Assembly: GCF_001194135.2 (NCBI RefSeq)
Contig: NC_068997.1
Location: 21,888,796 to 21,924,090, forward strand
Origin: Octopus bimaculoides
Lineage: Eukaryota
DNA length: 35,295 bases
Reading direction: 5' to 3'
Part shown: in pieces, positions 1 through 10,818 of the stretch
How the letters are laid out: the number at the start of each line of letters is the position of its first letter
Numbering within the stretch: the stretch's first letter is position 1
Program-made: the position numbers and the translations under genes
Notes under the pieces: generated by a model
Databases searched by the model: none
What the model was told of the DNA's origin: nothing
Seen by the model: only the letters and a program-made list of their open reading frames with translations

Positions 1-295
1 ACACCCATGTTTCCAAAAGGTGAATTATTCAAACCCCAAAGAATTCCTCTCAACACATGGCCATGATGTTCCCCCACTACTTCTGCTCATGATCAGAGAT
101 GCACATATCATCAGCCACCAAGGGACATGCTCAACTGGTTAATGTCAAGCAACTGACAAGCAAATCTGTGGTATTAAGCAGAATATTTGCTGTAGCCCAT
201 CTTTTTATACCAAGACAAAACAATGTACATGATAACACTTCCAATCAATGAAGATCAGAAGCCATGAGAGCCACTATCTGGTACTGCATCCGGGC
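1..295 (-). mobile_element. Interspersed repeat, probable non-LTR retroelement fragment abutting an (AAT)n tract; continues beyond the window start
   Basis: Complex sequence without a long ORF that ends sharply at the (TTA)n array. It resembles a repeat I recall from Octopus; family identity and strand are inferred, not searched. Confidence 0.45.
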
Positions 296-301
296 TTATT
301 A

Positions 302-352
<51 letters not shown>
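296..352. repeat. (TTA)n microsatellite
   Basis: Near-perfect ATT run; source of the poly-L/poly-I ORFs. Confidence 0.97.
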
Positions 353-537
353 GCGGGAAAGAGAAAATGTTTGGCGGCATTTCTTCGGACTTACGTTCTG
401 GGTTCAAATTCCGCCGAGGTCGACTTAGCCGTTCATCTTTCGATGTCGATGAAATAAGTACCGCTCTAGTTGATGTAATCGACTTATCCCCTACTCCGAT
501 ATTATTGGTCTTGTGCCAAAAACTGAAATCGTTATTA
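353..537 (+). mobile_element. tRNA-derived SINE family A, 5'-damaged
   Basis: B-box GGGTTCAAATTCC, then GCCGAGGTCGACTT..TTCATCTTTCGATGTCGATGAAATAAGTACC, tail GTCTTGTGCCAAAAACTGAAATCGTTATTA; matches many other copies in the window. Confidence 0.9.
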
Positions 538-979
538 CTAGACACAAACACTTCGCCAAACACTTCTGCCAAAAAACTGTACAGTATGTTAAAGTCTCCG
601 GATTTCCTAATCAGATAATATTAGGAATAATACAGTAAATTTCCAGCACATGGTAATTATGATATACAGAGAATTAAAAGATTAAACAAACACGATAATT
701 AACGAAAGAAAATGAAACTTGGTATTGCTTTACTATTGCTGATTATGTGTATAATAATATACGAGAGAGAACAACATTAAAACTTAAATAGCAAAAGTTG
801 CACAAAATATTGGTGGTAGAGACAAAAATTTCGCAGACGTAAAGAGCATATAATCTAAATGGGATAAATTTAGCAGAGAATTCAAAGATATAAATAATTT
901 CTATTTCTGATTATTGCACGGATATGTTATGACAGGTGGAGATAATTTGACACCTCTAAAACTTAAATCTGGTTATACA

Positions 980-1235
980 TCCATAAAATGTTTTTTGTAT
1001 TATATATGCGTGTGTATGTATATATACATGGATACATACATGCATACATACATGCATACATACATATATATATATTTGTGTGTGTGTGTATGTATTAATA
1101 TATATACATACATATATGCATATATACATATATGAATAAATATATGTGTGTAGGTTACTTCATTTGTGATATTTATATCTTCTATATATATACGTACATA
1201 CATATACATATATATAGATAAATATATATATACGC
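980..1235. repeat. Compound (TA)n/(TACA)n/(TG)n microsatellite
   Basis: Direct reading. Confidence 0.9.
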
Positions 1236-1585
1236 GCGCACACACATCTCACAAGCATCCAGGCCCGAATCACGCACCCATTTCTCATAATGTCGTTACA
1301 CTGCTGCGATCTACTCCCTAAGTACAGCAATGTTCATTGATTGCTTATGTTTTCTCTATGATATAGCTTGCATATTTTCATGTTTAACATTCACCAAATC
1401 GATGTTACAACTTTTAGGTACGTGTCGTTTGTTTTGTCACGTAGCTGTAAGTCAAAACTGATGAGATAAGTCCATGGCAAGAAACGTTCTGCAATTTTTT
1501 GTACCAAAAGTGTACCAAGGACTGCATTTTCTGTTTTGTATCTTTTCAAGACAAATTTTACGCTACATTTGTTTTCTATTTCTAG

Positions 1586-1632
1586 CATTCTGTCGGGCCG
1601 CGTAGATCGGCCTGCCTTGTTTTGGTTTTCCT
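1586..1632 (+). other. Candidate internal exon, 47 nt, unverified
   Basis: Acceptor TTTGTTTTCTATTTCTAG, GC/CpG-rich body, donor GTGAGT at 1633; two open frames (HSVGPRRSACLVLVF or ILSGRVDRPALFWFS). No recognised homology. Confidence 0.22.
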
Positions 1633-1674
1633 GTGAGTATTTCTATTTTAGAATTTAGTGTGTATATATATAAA

Positions 1675-1692
1675 TGTGTGTGTGTGTGTGCG

Positions 1693-1768
<76 letters not shown>

Positions 1769-1787
1769 CGTGCGCATGCGTGTGTGT
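1675..1787. repeat. (TG)n microsatellite
   Basis: Direct reading. Confidence 0.97.
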
Positions 1788-2153
1788 AATTAAACATTAA
1801 AATTCAGAACCAATCGCACTATAGAGAAGCGAAAACATTAACAAATGTTTAAGTATTTTAGAGAAAGAATGGACCCGAAGAATTTGAAGGGAACTTTGTG
1901 GCGTTCATTTTATATTGTCATGAGAATAACTGTTACTAGAATTACTTCGGAAAGAATGTGATATGTCGATAGTTAAATTCTGTTGGGTATTTATACCTAG
2001 TCAGAACGTATAGACTTTGCGGGAGTACCTGCATTCTCGGAGTGTCGTCATGATATAAATGTCATATGCGGTGATTATAGACATAGCAAAGGAAGCTAAT
2101 GAGGGGACGGTTGTTTCGTCCTTTTCAATAAGAAGTTCGTTATTGCTTTAACC

Positions 2154-2367
2154 ATTATTGATTTCGAATCGTGGCATAAGGCCAACAATTTCAGGCGAGG
2201 AGATCAATCGATTGCATCGACACCAGTGCTCAAATGGTACTTATTTTATCGACCCCGAAGGATGGAAGACAAAGTCAACCTCGGCGGAATTTGAACTCGG
2301 AACGTAAAGACGGACAAAATGTCTCTAAGCATTTTGCCCTGTGTACAACAGATTCTACAAGCTCGCT
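2154..2367 (-). mobile_element. SINE family A, near full length
   Basis: Reverse complement contains GCGAGCTTGTAGAATC (head), GAGTTCAAATTCCGCCGAGGTTGACTTTG, GGGGTCGATAAAATAAGTACC and a GGCCTTATGCC tail. Confidence 0.92.
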
Positions 2368-2989
2368 TCTCTTATGTTCGAGCGATTATTGAAAATATAT
2401 ATACTATTCCTTGTATTCTCTTCGATACACTTTCCTTATGGAAATTAGATTAGTAACATCGCATATCAATGGGATCGACACTTTAGGGGTAATTGTTTTA
2501 CAATTGCGGTAGGTTTCTACCAACGTGAGTATACTATAGAGTAAAAGAGTTGCTCAAAGGCTCTTTTGGGATTCCTAGATATGACCTAGGTGGCAGTTAC
2601 ACATTCATATATGGATATGATATTCTCATTTGTTTCTTTGATTTTTATTTTGTGAATCGTATCGCTTATAAATTCTACTGAGCGTTTATATATATATATA
2701 TATATATATATAACTGTGTTTCATGGGTTTAGTTTTAGTTCCACTGATCGTGAGAATGAAATATCGATTGCATCGGTTAGAACCGACAACTTTAAGTGCA
2801 GGTGTTAAGAAAATACACGTTACAGCAACCCAAGAATGTTAAAATAATTTATGATCATTTCAACCCCACAACACTTCAGGCCAAATTTCGTTAATTAGTA
2901 AATCAAAAATCATCCTACATTTTGCTTGAGTGACCTAGGTAAAATATATATTTGTCTCAACCCATTCTTACCGCATATTCCATCTGTGT

Positions 2990-3260
2990 ATAAAATTTCA
3001 AGAAAATCAGTTGAAAAGTTTAAAAGGTAAGGCAGAGAATAAGATTCATATGAAAATTTGCATTGAAATGTCCTACTGATTTTGGAAAAATCGATGCTGA
3101 TTAAAAATTAACGATTTTTTTAAAAATTCCAAGTGTGTAAATCGGTTGAAACTCCAAGTGCGTAAATCTGTTGAATAGTCTCAGAGGAGTTAAAGTAACA
3201 AATTCGCAAGCACACNNNNNNNNNNNNNNNNNNNNNNATATATATATATATATATATATA
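2990..3260 (+). mobile_element. Possible Helitron/Helentron-like non-autonomous remnant
   Basis: Repeated AAATC(A/G/T)GTTGAA motifs (AAATTTCAAGAAAATCAGTTGAAAAG, GTAAATCGGTTGAAAC, GTAAATCTGTTGAATAG), then GAGGAGTTAAAGTAACAAA and a CA/TA microsatellite; this layout is recalled from such elements. Confidence 0.3.
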
Positions 3261-3809
3261 TACATAAATTGCAATTTCTCTCTGTTTGTGGCTCTGTGTG
3301 TGTGTGCTTGTGAAATGGTTACTTTATACATACAAACACACACATACACACACATATAACATGTATCAATACCAGGTATTCTAATTTAGTTTACTGTAGA
3401 ATACGCATATCACAGAATCCTATCTATATTTAAGTTTATATGAACTGACTTATATTGTTTCCTTCAGAATTTTTCCCGAACTCGTCTAATTAATTATAAG
3501 CCGCAAGATACTATTTGCCCATGTGCTAAACATTATATATACCCTGAAGACAAGTGTCAAACATTAATAAAGATGAAAGATAACTAAGGCTAATGAGTCA
3601 TGTTTAATTCGACACCTCATGAATACGAGGTATTAAAAAAGAAATCTACCGAACCTACACCGGAACAGATAAACACTTAGAGTACAAAGAACAGAAGTCA
3701 GTTACGATGATCTCATTGAGACGATGCGGTTTAGATAATCTGAAAGATAATTATTTCTGTTACAGGTACAAATCTTTAAGTGTGTGAGTAGGGACTATTT
3801 CTTTACATA

Positions 3810-3950
3810 GAGCCCAGCTCTCATCTGGTATTTATTGTAATCGACCCTGAAAAGTCGAGAGGTAAATTCTTTGACGGGATTTGAGCTAAGAACGCAGAGC
3901 TAGGAAAAAATAGTGTTAAGCATTTTATCCAGCGTTGCACATCGTCGCTT
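3810..3950 (-). mobile_element. SINE family A, old degenerate copy
   Basis: TGGTATTTATTGTAATCGACCCTGAAAAG...GGATTTGAGCTAAGAACG...TAAGCATTTTATCCAGCG aligns to the family A reverse complement. Confidence 0.7.
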
Positions 3951-4096
3951 CATAACCTGGTAAATAATATTCGCCAAAAAGCAAAAGAATAAATCAATAC
4001 CTTGAGCATGCTTAGGACCCCCTAATTGTCATCGCAATAACAGTTTGATAATATTGTGCTGTCTACACTGAAGTGAGATTGTGTTTAAAGGCATTA

Positions 4097-4278
4097 TTTT
4101 GTCCTTTTACTTGTTTCAGTCACTTGACTGCGGCCATGCTGGAACACCGCTTTTAGTCGAGCAAATTGATCTCAAGACTTATTCTTTGTAAGCCTAGTAC
4201 TTATTCAATCGGTCTCTTTTGCCGAAACGCTAAGGTACGGGCATATAAACACGCCAGCATCGGTTGTCAAACGACGTT

Positions 4279-4323
<45 letters not shown>

Positions 4324-4494
4324 ACTCAAACATAGACACACATACATACATACATACATATATATATATATATACGACGTGCTTCACAAGGCTTTGGTCG
4401 ACCCGAGGCTATATTAAAAGACACGCAGTGGGACTGAAACCGGAACCATGTAGTTGGTAAGTAAGCTACTTACTACACAGCCACTCCTGTGCCT
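4097..4494 (-). mobile_element. tRNA-derived SINE family B, full length, with internal (CA)/(TA) microsatellite
   Basis: Minus-strand head GGAGTGGCTGTGTAGT (A box) and GGTTTCAGTCCC (B box); 3' end CCAGCATGGCCGCAGTCAAGTGACTGAAACAAGTAAAAG. Confidence 0.92.
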
Positions 4495-4549
4495 GTGTTG
4501 ATTTTCCTTAAAAATAAAATATTTAAACCAGAAATATTACTTATATTTT

Positions 4550-4897
4550 AAGCACTTATGGTCTTAGGTTGAGAACACTTGCGTAAAAGCGTGGAAAAGC
4601 GTCTTCCTCTATATTTCCAGATTGACCAAAGCCTTATGAGTAGATTTGTCGAAACAGAAACTGACAGAATCCTGTCGTGTGTGTGTGCGTCGGTGTTTCT
4701 TTGTAAATGTGTTGTTTTCCTCCAACCACTGCTTGACAACCTGCGCTGTTTAGTGAACGTTCCTTTTACATTGCGGACCGACAAAACAAGACAGTTACAA
4801 TATAAACACTGGGGTTGATTTGTTCAACCACAAACTTCAAGACAGTACCCTAGCATGGCCGCAGTTCAATGTCCGAAAAGAGTAAAAGACAAAAGAT
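4550..4897 (+). mobile_element. SINE family B, degenerate head, opposite orientation to its neighbour
   Basis: GACCAAAGCCTTATGAGTAGATTTG..GAAACTGA, internal GT repeat, GCTTGACAACC, CTGGGGTTGATTTGTTCAAC, end CTAGCATGGCCGCAGTTCAATGTCCGAAAAGAGTAAAAGA. Confidence 0.85.
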
Positions 4898-5324
4898 ATA
4901 AAGCCTTCGAACAAATATGTGTATAGTTGCGTAAATACGTGTATAAATAATTCTGCATGAATATGCAAAATGCTTGAATATTTTATTTAGTTATTGCTTG
5001 TTACAAGCTCAGCGCTTGTTTTATGTACGAACAATTACTTCCTCTTTGCGTTATATTATAAAACTCTCTTGTTGAGAATTTATGAGTTTATAAGTAGATG
5101 TGAGCCAGCCATACTAATGTGCTGAATCTACCTACTTACTAGACGAGTAAGGAAAAACTAATTCTGAAACCTCTTTGTATAATTTCGTATTAGATATTAT
5201 TTTGTTATCTTTGTGAGCATCGACGCGCTCCTATCATCCTTTCCTTTTCATCTAAATACTGTTAGTAGTAGTAGTAGCAGCAACAGCAGCAGCGCTGGTT
5301 TCTAATTTAAGTATAATGCGTGTA

Positions 5325-5483
5325 ATTTTAAGGGGAGGAGGTTAATTGATGCAGTCGACCCAAGTACGAGATTATTACGTTATTTCAACGAACCTGAAAA
5401 GATGAAAAGCAAATTTAATCTCGGCTGGATTTGAAACCAAAATTGGAACAATGCAGTAATGCATTTTGCCTGACACTCTAACT
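5325..5483 (-). mobile_element. SINE family A, degenerate, cut at its head by the hAT insertion
   Basis: GCAGTCGACCCAAGTAC..GATGAAAAGCAAA..GGATTTGAA..GCATTTTGCCTGACACTCTAAC, then an abrupt switch to the hAT TIR. Confidence 0.7.
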
Positions 5484-6300
5484 CAGTCATGGGCAACTTG
5501 CGGCCCGTGAAGCTTTCTGAATGGCTCGCTTAACTCAGAAAAGAAAAATATTCGCCGTCGTCAGACACCTGTGTAATTTTCAACGTACCTCACAGTCGAG
5601 CTACACTAATTCAAATATTCAAGAGCGTTACACTTAGCATCTCTACTCGGGACACTAACTCATCGAAAGAAAAGTATTGATTTAACGTTCAATTTCTGAT
5701 TCCACTGCTTAAAATGACTTGTGATAATTCAGCGCCTGTAAACACACGTGATATTCGTGTAACATTGTGAAGCAAGGTTAATGGAATTTTCAAAGTATAA
5801 GAGCGTGCAAAGTACTGTATTTTTTTTTTTAATTTTCATCTTTGGTGTCAAAGCTAATGGCTTCATCGGAAAAAGAAGAAGGATTTCTAAAGAAATGAGA
5901 AAATTCCAGGAAAAGTGGTAAAATGATTATTTATTTGTTGAAGTAAAAAATAAACCAATGTGTTTAGTACGTTTTGAATCTGTCTCCGCTTTTAAAGAAT
6001 TTAATATTAAGCGGCATTACACACCAAAACATGCGGGATACGATGTATTTAAAAGAGACATTATACAGCAAAAAATTCGATCTCTCTAGAAATAGATCGG
6101 CGGTCTAAATACGCTCTTTTCCAAAAAGCAAACCGGACTAAAAGAAATCGAACATGGTAGCTATGTTGTTACTGAAAAAGTGGCAAAACACTAAAAAATT
6201 ATTCTGACGGTGAATTTGTAAAAGAATGTCTTTTGTCAGTGGCTGAAATTTTGTGTTTAGAAAATTTAGGTATGTTTGACAAGATTAATTTGCCTTTGAA
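5484..6300 (+). mobile_element. hAT (Buster/Charlie-type) DNA transposon, left end; internally or 3' truncated
   Basis: Starts CAGTCATGGGCAACTTGCGGCCCG, a typical Charlie/Buster TIR. Preceded by the 8-mer CTCTAACT (nnnTAnnn). Contains a transposase N-terminus; no right TIR seen. Confidence 0.8.
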
Positions 6301-6328
6301 GGGTAATAACATTACTTGGAATACCTAA
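5857..6328 (+). pseudogene. Disrupted hAT transposase N-terminus (GTF2IRD2/EPM2AIP1-like subgroup)
   Basis: Manual translation across two frameshifts and stops: MASS/KKRISKEMRKFQEKW*NDYLFVEVKNKPMCLVRFESVSAFKEFNIKRHYTPKH...SYVVTEKVAKH*K/YSDGEFVKECLLSVAEILCLENLGMFDKINL. This matches the family motifs FQEKW, KEYNLKRHY..KH and PFSDGEFVKEC. Confidence 0.85.
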
Positions 6329-6339
6329 TGCATATGAAG

Positions 6340-6494
6340 ATACTTAATTATTTATCGATACTTAATTATTTATCGATCCAGGAAGACGACAAGCAAAGTC
6401 TACGTCAGCGGAATTTGTACTCAGTTTGTTAAGAGTAGACAAAGTCAAACTAAGCATTATTTTGTCCGACCCACTAACGAGTCTGCTAGCTCAC
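6340..6494 (-). mobile_element. SINE family A, degenerate
   Basis: TACTTAATTATTTATCGATCC..CAAAGTC..GCGGAATTTGTACTCAG..CTAAGCATT..CTAACGAGTCTGCTAGCTC. Confidence 0.75.
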
Positions 6495-6843
6495 TACTTT
6501 AATAATAATAATAGTTACTATAGCAATTTACATACTTCGTCTTTGTTAATGCCACTCTCCTTCCTGTTTCAAGATAGGAGATGATATGTATAATGACGTC
6601 AGCAATATCTGAATATACTTAATAAAGGTGAATATGCTCCACCTTAAGAATTCCTTGTGTATTTTTGGTTTTATCATTTTTTTTTGTTTAGTTTTACTGA
6701 TGCCTTCATTCAGATATATATATACTTTTAGCTGCGTACGTGACTGCCATCACAATACCTTACCTGAACGTGTTTTTTTGTGAATGAGTGTATGAATGAG
6801 TGTCTCTGTGAGCAAGTGTCTGTTGTCTGTTTCTCCCGATCTC

Positions 6844-6844
<1 letters not shown>

Positions 6845-6892
<48 letters not shown>
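6845..6892. repeat. (TTA)n microsatellite
   Basis: Direct reading. Confidence 0.97.
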
Positions 6893-6899
<7 letters not shown>

Positions 6900-6997
6900 C
6901 ACTTATTCGAGCTCAAAATGTCGGTTACACGATTTCTGTGGATTATAAGTGGCTGAAACTACAACACTTCCCCTGAAAGGGTCGTAGTTGCTTCGCA

Positions 6998-7190
6998 GGT
7001 TTCAAGGTCAACACTTTTGAATTGAGAGAACAAGTCGATTACATTGACCCTAGTTACTTCTCTACTTGTTTTATCGGTCCTGAAATAATGAAAGGCGAAT
7101 TTAACCTCGTTGAAATCTGAATTCTGAACGAAAAGGGCCGGAAGAAAGGCAACTAAGCATTTTTGTCCGACCTGTAAACGATTCTGGCAG
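6998..7190 (-). mobile_element. SINE family A, degenerate
   Basis: AAGTCGATTACATTGACCC..TTTTATCGGTCC..ATGAAAGGCGAA..CTAAGCATTTTTGTCCG..AACGATTCTGGCAG. Confidence 0.8.
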
Positions 7191-8109
7191 CAGGATGTCT
7201 CTCAGTTAATATAACTTTGGTGGCAGTTTCGTGCTATCTTTGAAAATTTTGTTTTCCAAAACATTTTCATATTTTATGGCATGGGAACACACGATGAAAT
7301 TAATTGCATTTTAGGGATTACACTATCAGATTAAACTGGTTGTTTAATTTACTAACCCCGGAAAGATTGGATCTATCTCTACATGAGAATAACTGTTTGA
7401 TTTTGTTGGCTTGTGTACATCGTGCGTTGGAAGGATTGGTTCTGTTCGGTATTTTGGTTATGAGAATTATCATTTTTTATTATCACTAGATGTTCTCAGT
7501 TTACTATTTGAATTGTTTCTGCTTTTTGGGTGGTTATCTTGGATAATGTAATTATTGGTCTGTTGGTTGGTAGTATAATTCGTCTTATAAACGTCGTCTT
7601 TAGGTTGGTCATATGAATTAAGGTTGATTTCAACAAGGTTACTTTGAGTGCTGATTAATTTTCGCCTCACGAAATTTACCCATACGAAGTTCCTGCAATA
7701 AATCTACGGATAACAACAGGTAATCGAAACTGTGCCAGTGCTTTACTCATCATCTATTTATACATTTTGTATAATCTCTCCATTATATATATATATATAT
7801 ATATATNNNNNNNNNNNNNNNNNNNNNNNNNNNNNNNNNNNNNNNNNNNNNNNNNNNNNNNNNNNNNNNNNNNNNNNNNNNNNNNNNNNNNNNNNNNNNN
7901 NNNNNNNNNNNNNNNNNNNNNNNNNNNNNNNNNNNNNNNNNNNNNNNNNNNNNNNNNNNNNNNNNNNNNNNNNNNNNNNNNNNNNNNNNNNNNNNNNNNN
8001 NNNNNNNNNNNNNNNNNNNNNNNNNNNNNNNNNNNNNNNNNNNNNNNNNNNNNNNNNNNNNNNNNTATATATATACGTGTATGTTTGTGGGTGTATGTAT
8101 TTCTTATTA

Positions 8110-8332
8110 TGTGCTTGTGTGTGTCCTTGTGTTTTTTCCCACGCCACTTAAAAACTGGTGTTGTTTTATTTTACGTTCTCCTAAAATGCGGTTCAACAAG
8201 AGAGACCGATTGAATATTTACAAAACAAGAGTCAAAAGCAATAAGTTCTGGGGACAAACTGTTCGATTGGTCCCTCCAAGGCCGTGCACCCAGCATGACC
8301 GTCATTAAAGGACTAACAAGTAAAATAATAAA
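8110..8332 (+). mobile_element. SINE family B, 3' half
   Basis: GCGGTTCAACAAGAGAGACCGATTGAATA..AATAAGTTCTGGGGAC..AAGGCCGTGCACCCAGCATGACCGTC..ACAAGTAAAA. Confidence 0.75.
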
Positions 8333-8649
8333 GCATCGGTAGAATCTGAAAGTACAGGTACTTTAATTGCAGAATGTAAAGGGACAGAGTACATCCGGAT
8401 CAACCTGCCGTTGCACTATTCTACTAATCTTAATAACAGTAATATAACAGATAGACATCTGTAAGCAGCAATATATTTTGATATCTACCGAATAAAATTA
8501 ATTTAAGTCATCGAAAAACAATTTATCTAATGTAAGCAAATGACGCTATTTTTGTCCTATGTTCTTTGATTAATCTTTATTCAATACAATTACATTATAC
8601 AACGTAGATTTAATCTATTTATCACCTTCATCTGTTTACTGTCACCCCC

Positions 8650-8706
<57 letters not shown>

Positions 8707-8835
8707 TCTTTGTCTCACTGTGTCTCTCTGAACGCTATCTTCTGTCTCTGCAATATTTTATCCCGTGTAACTTCAGACTTTATGTCTCTGGGTGTTACTC
8801 TCTCTTCCAATATGCTTTTCACAGTCGATACCTCC

Positions 8836-8883
<48 letters not shown>

Positions 8884-9360
8884 ACCGTCCCTGTCTCTGT
8901 CTCTCTCTTTCTTCCTCTTTCTCTCTCTCTTCTTTTCTCTTTCTCTATTCTATGCGCTCTCTAGCCTGTCCTTATGTTCTATCTCTCTGTATCCTACCGT
9001 ACGCTGTGTCCATCTTTACTTTCTCAATACCTTTCTCTGTGTCCCTCTCTCATTGTACGCCCTCTAAATTTATGCCTTACACTCTCTCCCACTTTCTGTC
9101 TCTCACAAACACTCTATCCTATTCCCTATCGCCATCCTTCTCTCTCTCTCTCTCCCTCTCTCTCACCCTCTCTCTCTCATCCTTTTCTATCGAACCTTAT
9201 TTCTCTAATTTATCGTATACTGTCCTTTCTCACATTCACCATATTTTTGTGTCTATCTCTTCCATCTTATATGACTCTCTCAGTCTATGCCTTAGTTTCT
9301 CTCCCACTCTCTCTGTTCCCCGCTCTATCCTTTCCTCTTCTCTCTCTCTCTTTCTGTCTC
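8650..9360. repeat. (CT)n-rich polypyrimidine low-complexity tract
   Basis: Several perfect CT runs within degenerate CT-rich sequence. Confidence 0.9.
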
Positions 9361-9614
9361 GTTCATTAATAAATACGAACTGAAGTCGAAGAAGTTCAAT
9401 GAGAAACAGTTTATATTAGCCAATAAAATAAATATGGTGTCGTTACAATATTGCCATGATAATCAAGTTAGAATAAAATTCGGAAGTAGTTAGTTATTTC
9501 TATTGACATATTACCAAAAATATGCAGGAAAAGAAAATATATAAATGATGAAATTTCATTTCACAAAAAAGCAAAACATAAAAAAAATCCCGTATATATA
9601 GATATCTTTTATAT

Positions 9615-9757
9615 TTTGCCTTTTGTCATTCGTTTCGGTCATTTGACTACGGCCAGGCTGTAGCACAATCTTGAAGGGTTTTAGTCAACCAAATCGATGA
9701 CAGAGCAGTTTTAAAAGCCTATTACTTATTCTATCGGTCTCTTTGCCAAACTGTTAA
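9615..9757 (-). mobile_element. SINE family B, 3' portion
   Basis: TTTCGGTCATTTGACTACGGCCAGGCTGTAGCAC..TACTTATTCTATCGGTCTCTTTGCCAAAC. Confidence 0.8.
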
Positions 9758-9823
9758 GATAGATAAATAGATAGATGGATAGATAGATAGATAGATAGAT
9801 AGAGAGATAGATAGATAGATAAA

Positions 9824-9887
<64 letters not shown>

Positions 9888-9988
9888 GCTGAGAGCGAGA
9901 CAGGCAGATCGAGAGTAGGTGTAGGGTACAAGACGTTGTGGGAGTAAGAGAGACGGACAGACCGAGAGAGAGTGTTGGGAAAAAGACG

Positions 9989-10052
<64 letters not shown>
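9757..10052. repeat. (GATA)n followed by (GA)n microsatellites
   Basis: Direct reading. Confidence 0.95.
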
Positions 10053-10056
<4 letters not shown>

Positions 10057-10554
10057 GGAAGGAGGGAGGGGGAAAGAGAGCAGGAAGGTGGAGAGAAATT
10101 TAGAGTGAGTCAGTGTTTGTGTTTCCACGATGGAAGAATTTTAAAGAAACCACACCGGACGAAATGTACTTCAGTTTTGGCCTCCTGAAATTATTTAGCG
10201 GAACAGTCATGTTTCTTCCCTTTTTTTTCGCTGAATAACTGTCGCTCGATTTCATCCATTTAGAGGGTTGGTTTTTAACTATGCTTTATGCCGGTGGAGA
10301 GGACATCTTCTTACCATCTTCCTCGTGGTGAATTTGATGAAGAAAAATCTTTTATTCAGAGGGATAGATATATAGATATATAAATTTAAATGCATGAGTT
10401 TGTACGCATACATACACACATATTTATGTGTGCGTGCGTGAATTTGTTGTATATGTTCGAATGAAGCATGGTTAAGTTGCTATTAAAATTGTTTAAAGTC
10501 CATTTCTGTTATTTCAAAACCGCATTACTTTGTCATTCAGACAGTTATACATAC

Positions 10555-10570
10555 GTATACAAACACACAT

Positions 10571-10611
<41 letters not shown>

Positions 10612-10731
10612 GAGAGAGAGAGAGAGAGAAGTAAACACACATTTGTATGTATGTAAATACATGTATGTATGTATATATGTATATGCATGTAAATATCTAT
10701 CTATCTCTATCTCTCTATCTCTGTCTCTATT

Positions 10732-10785
<54 letters not shown>
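10555..10785. repeat. Compound (CA)n-(GA)n-(TATG)n-(CT)n-(TATC)n microsatellite
   Basis: Direct reading. Confidence 0.93.
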
Positions 10786-10818
10786 ATGCAAGATTTATTC
10801 ATTTGCTCATGTTGGATT

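Noticed and set aside
1391-1588. Minus-strand 65-aa ORF of normal complexity
   Set aside because: No recognisable motif and no pyrimidine-rich acceptor on that strand; short ORFs like this occur by chance.
6339-6377. 18-bp tandem duplication GATACTTAATTATTTATC
   Set aside because: Ordinary slippage duplication inside a decayed SINE.
6594-6601. Perfect CRE palindrome TGACGTCA
   Set aside because: One 8-mer in 35 kb is compatible with chance, and there is no promoter context.
7316-7450. Plus-strand open segment after TTAATTGCATTTTAG (DYTIRLNWLF...EGLVLF), and similar segments at 12975 and 32812
   Set aside because: Splice signals are middling, no homology is recognised, and phase-compatible joins are easy to find by chance.
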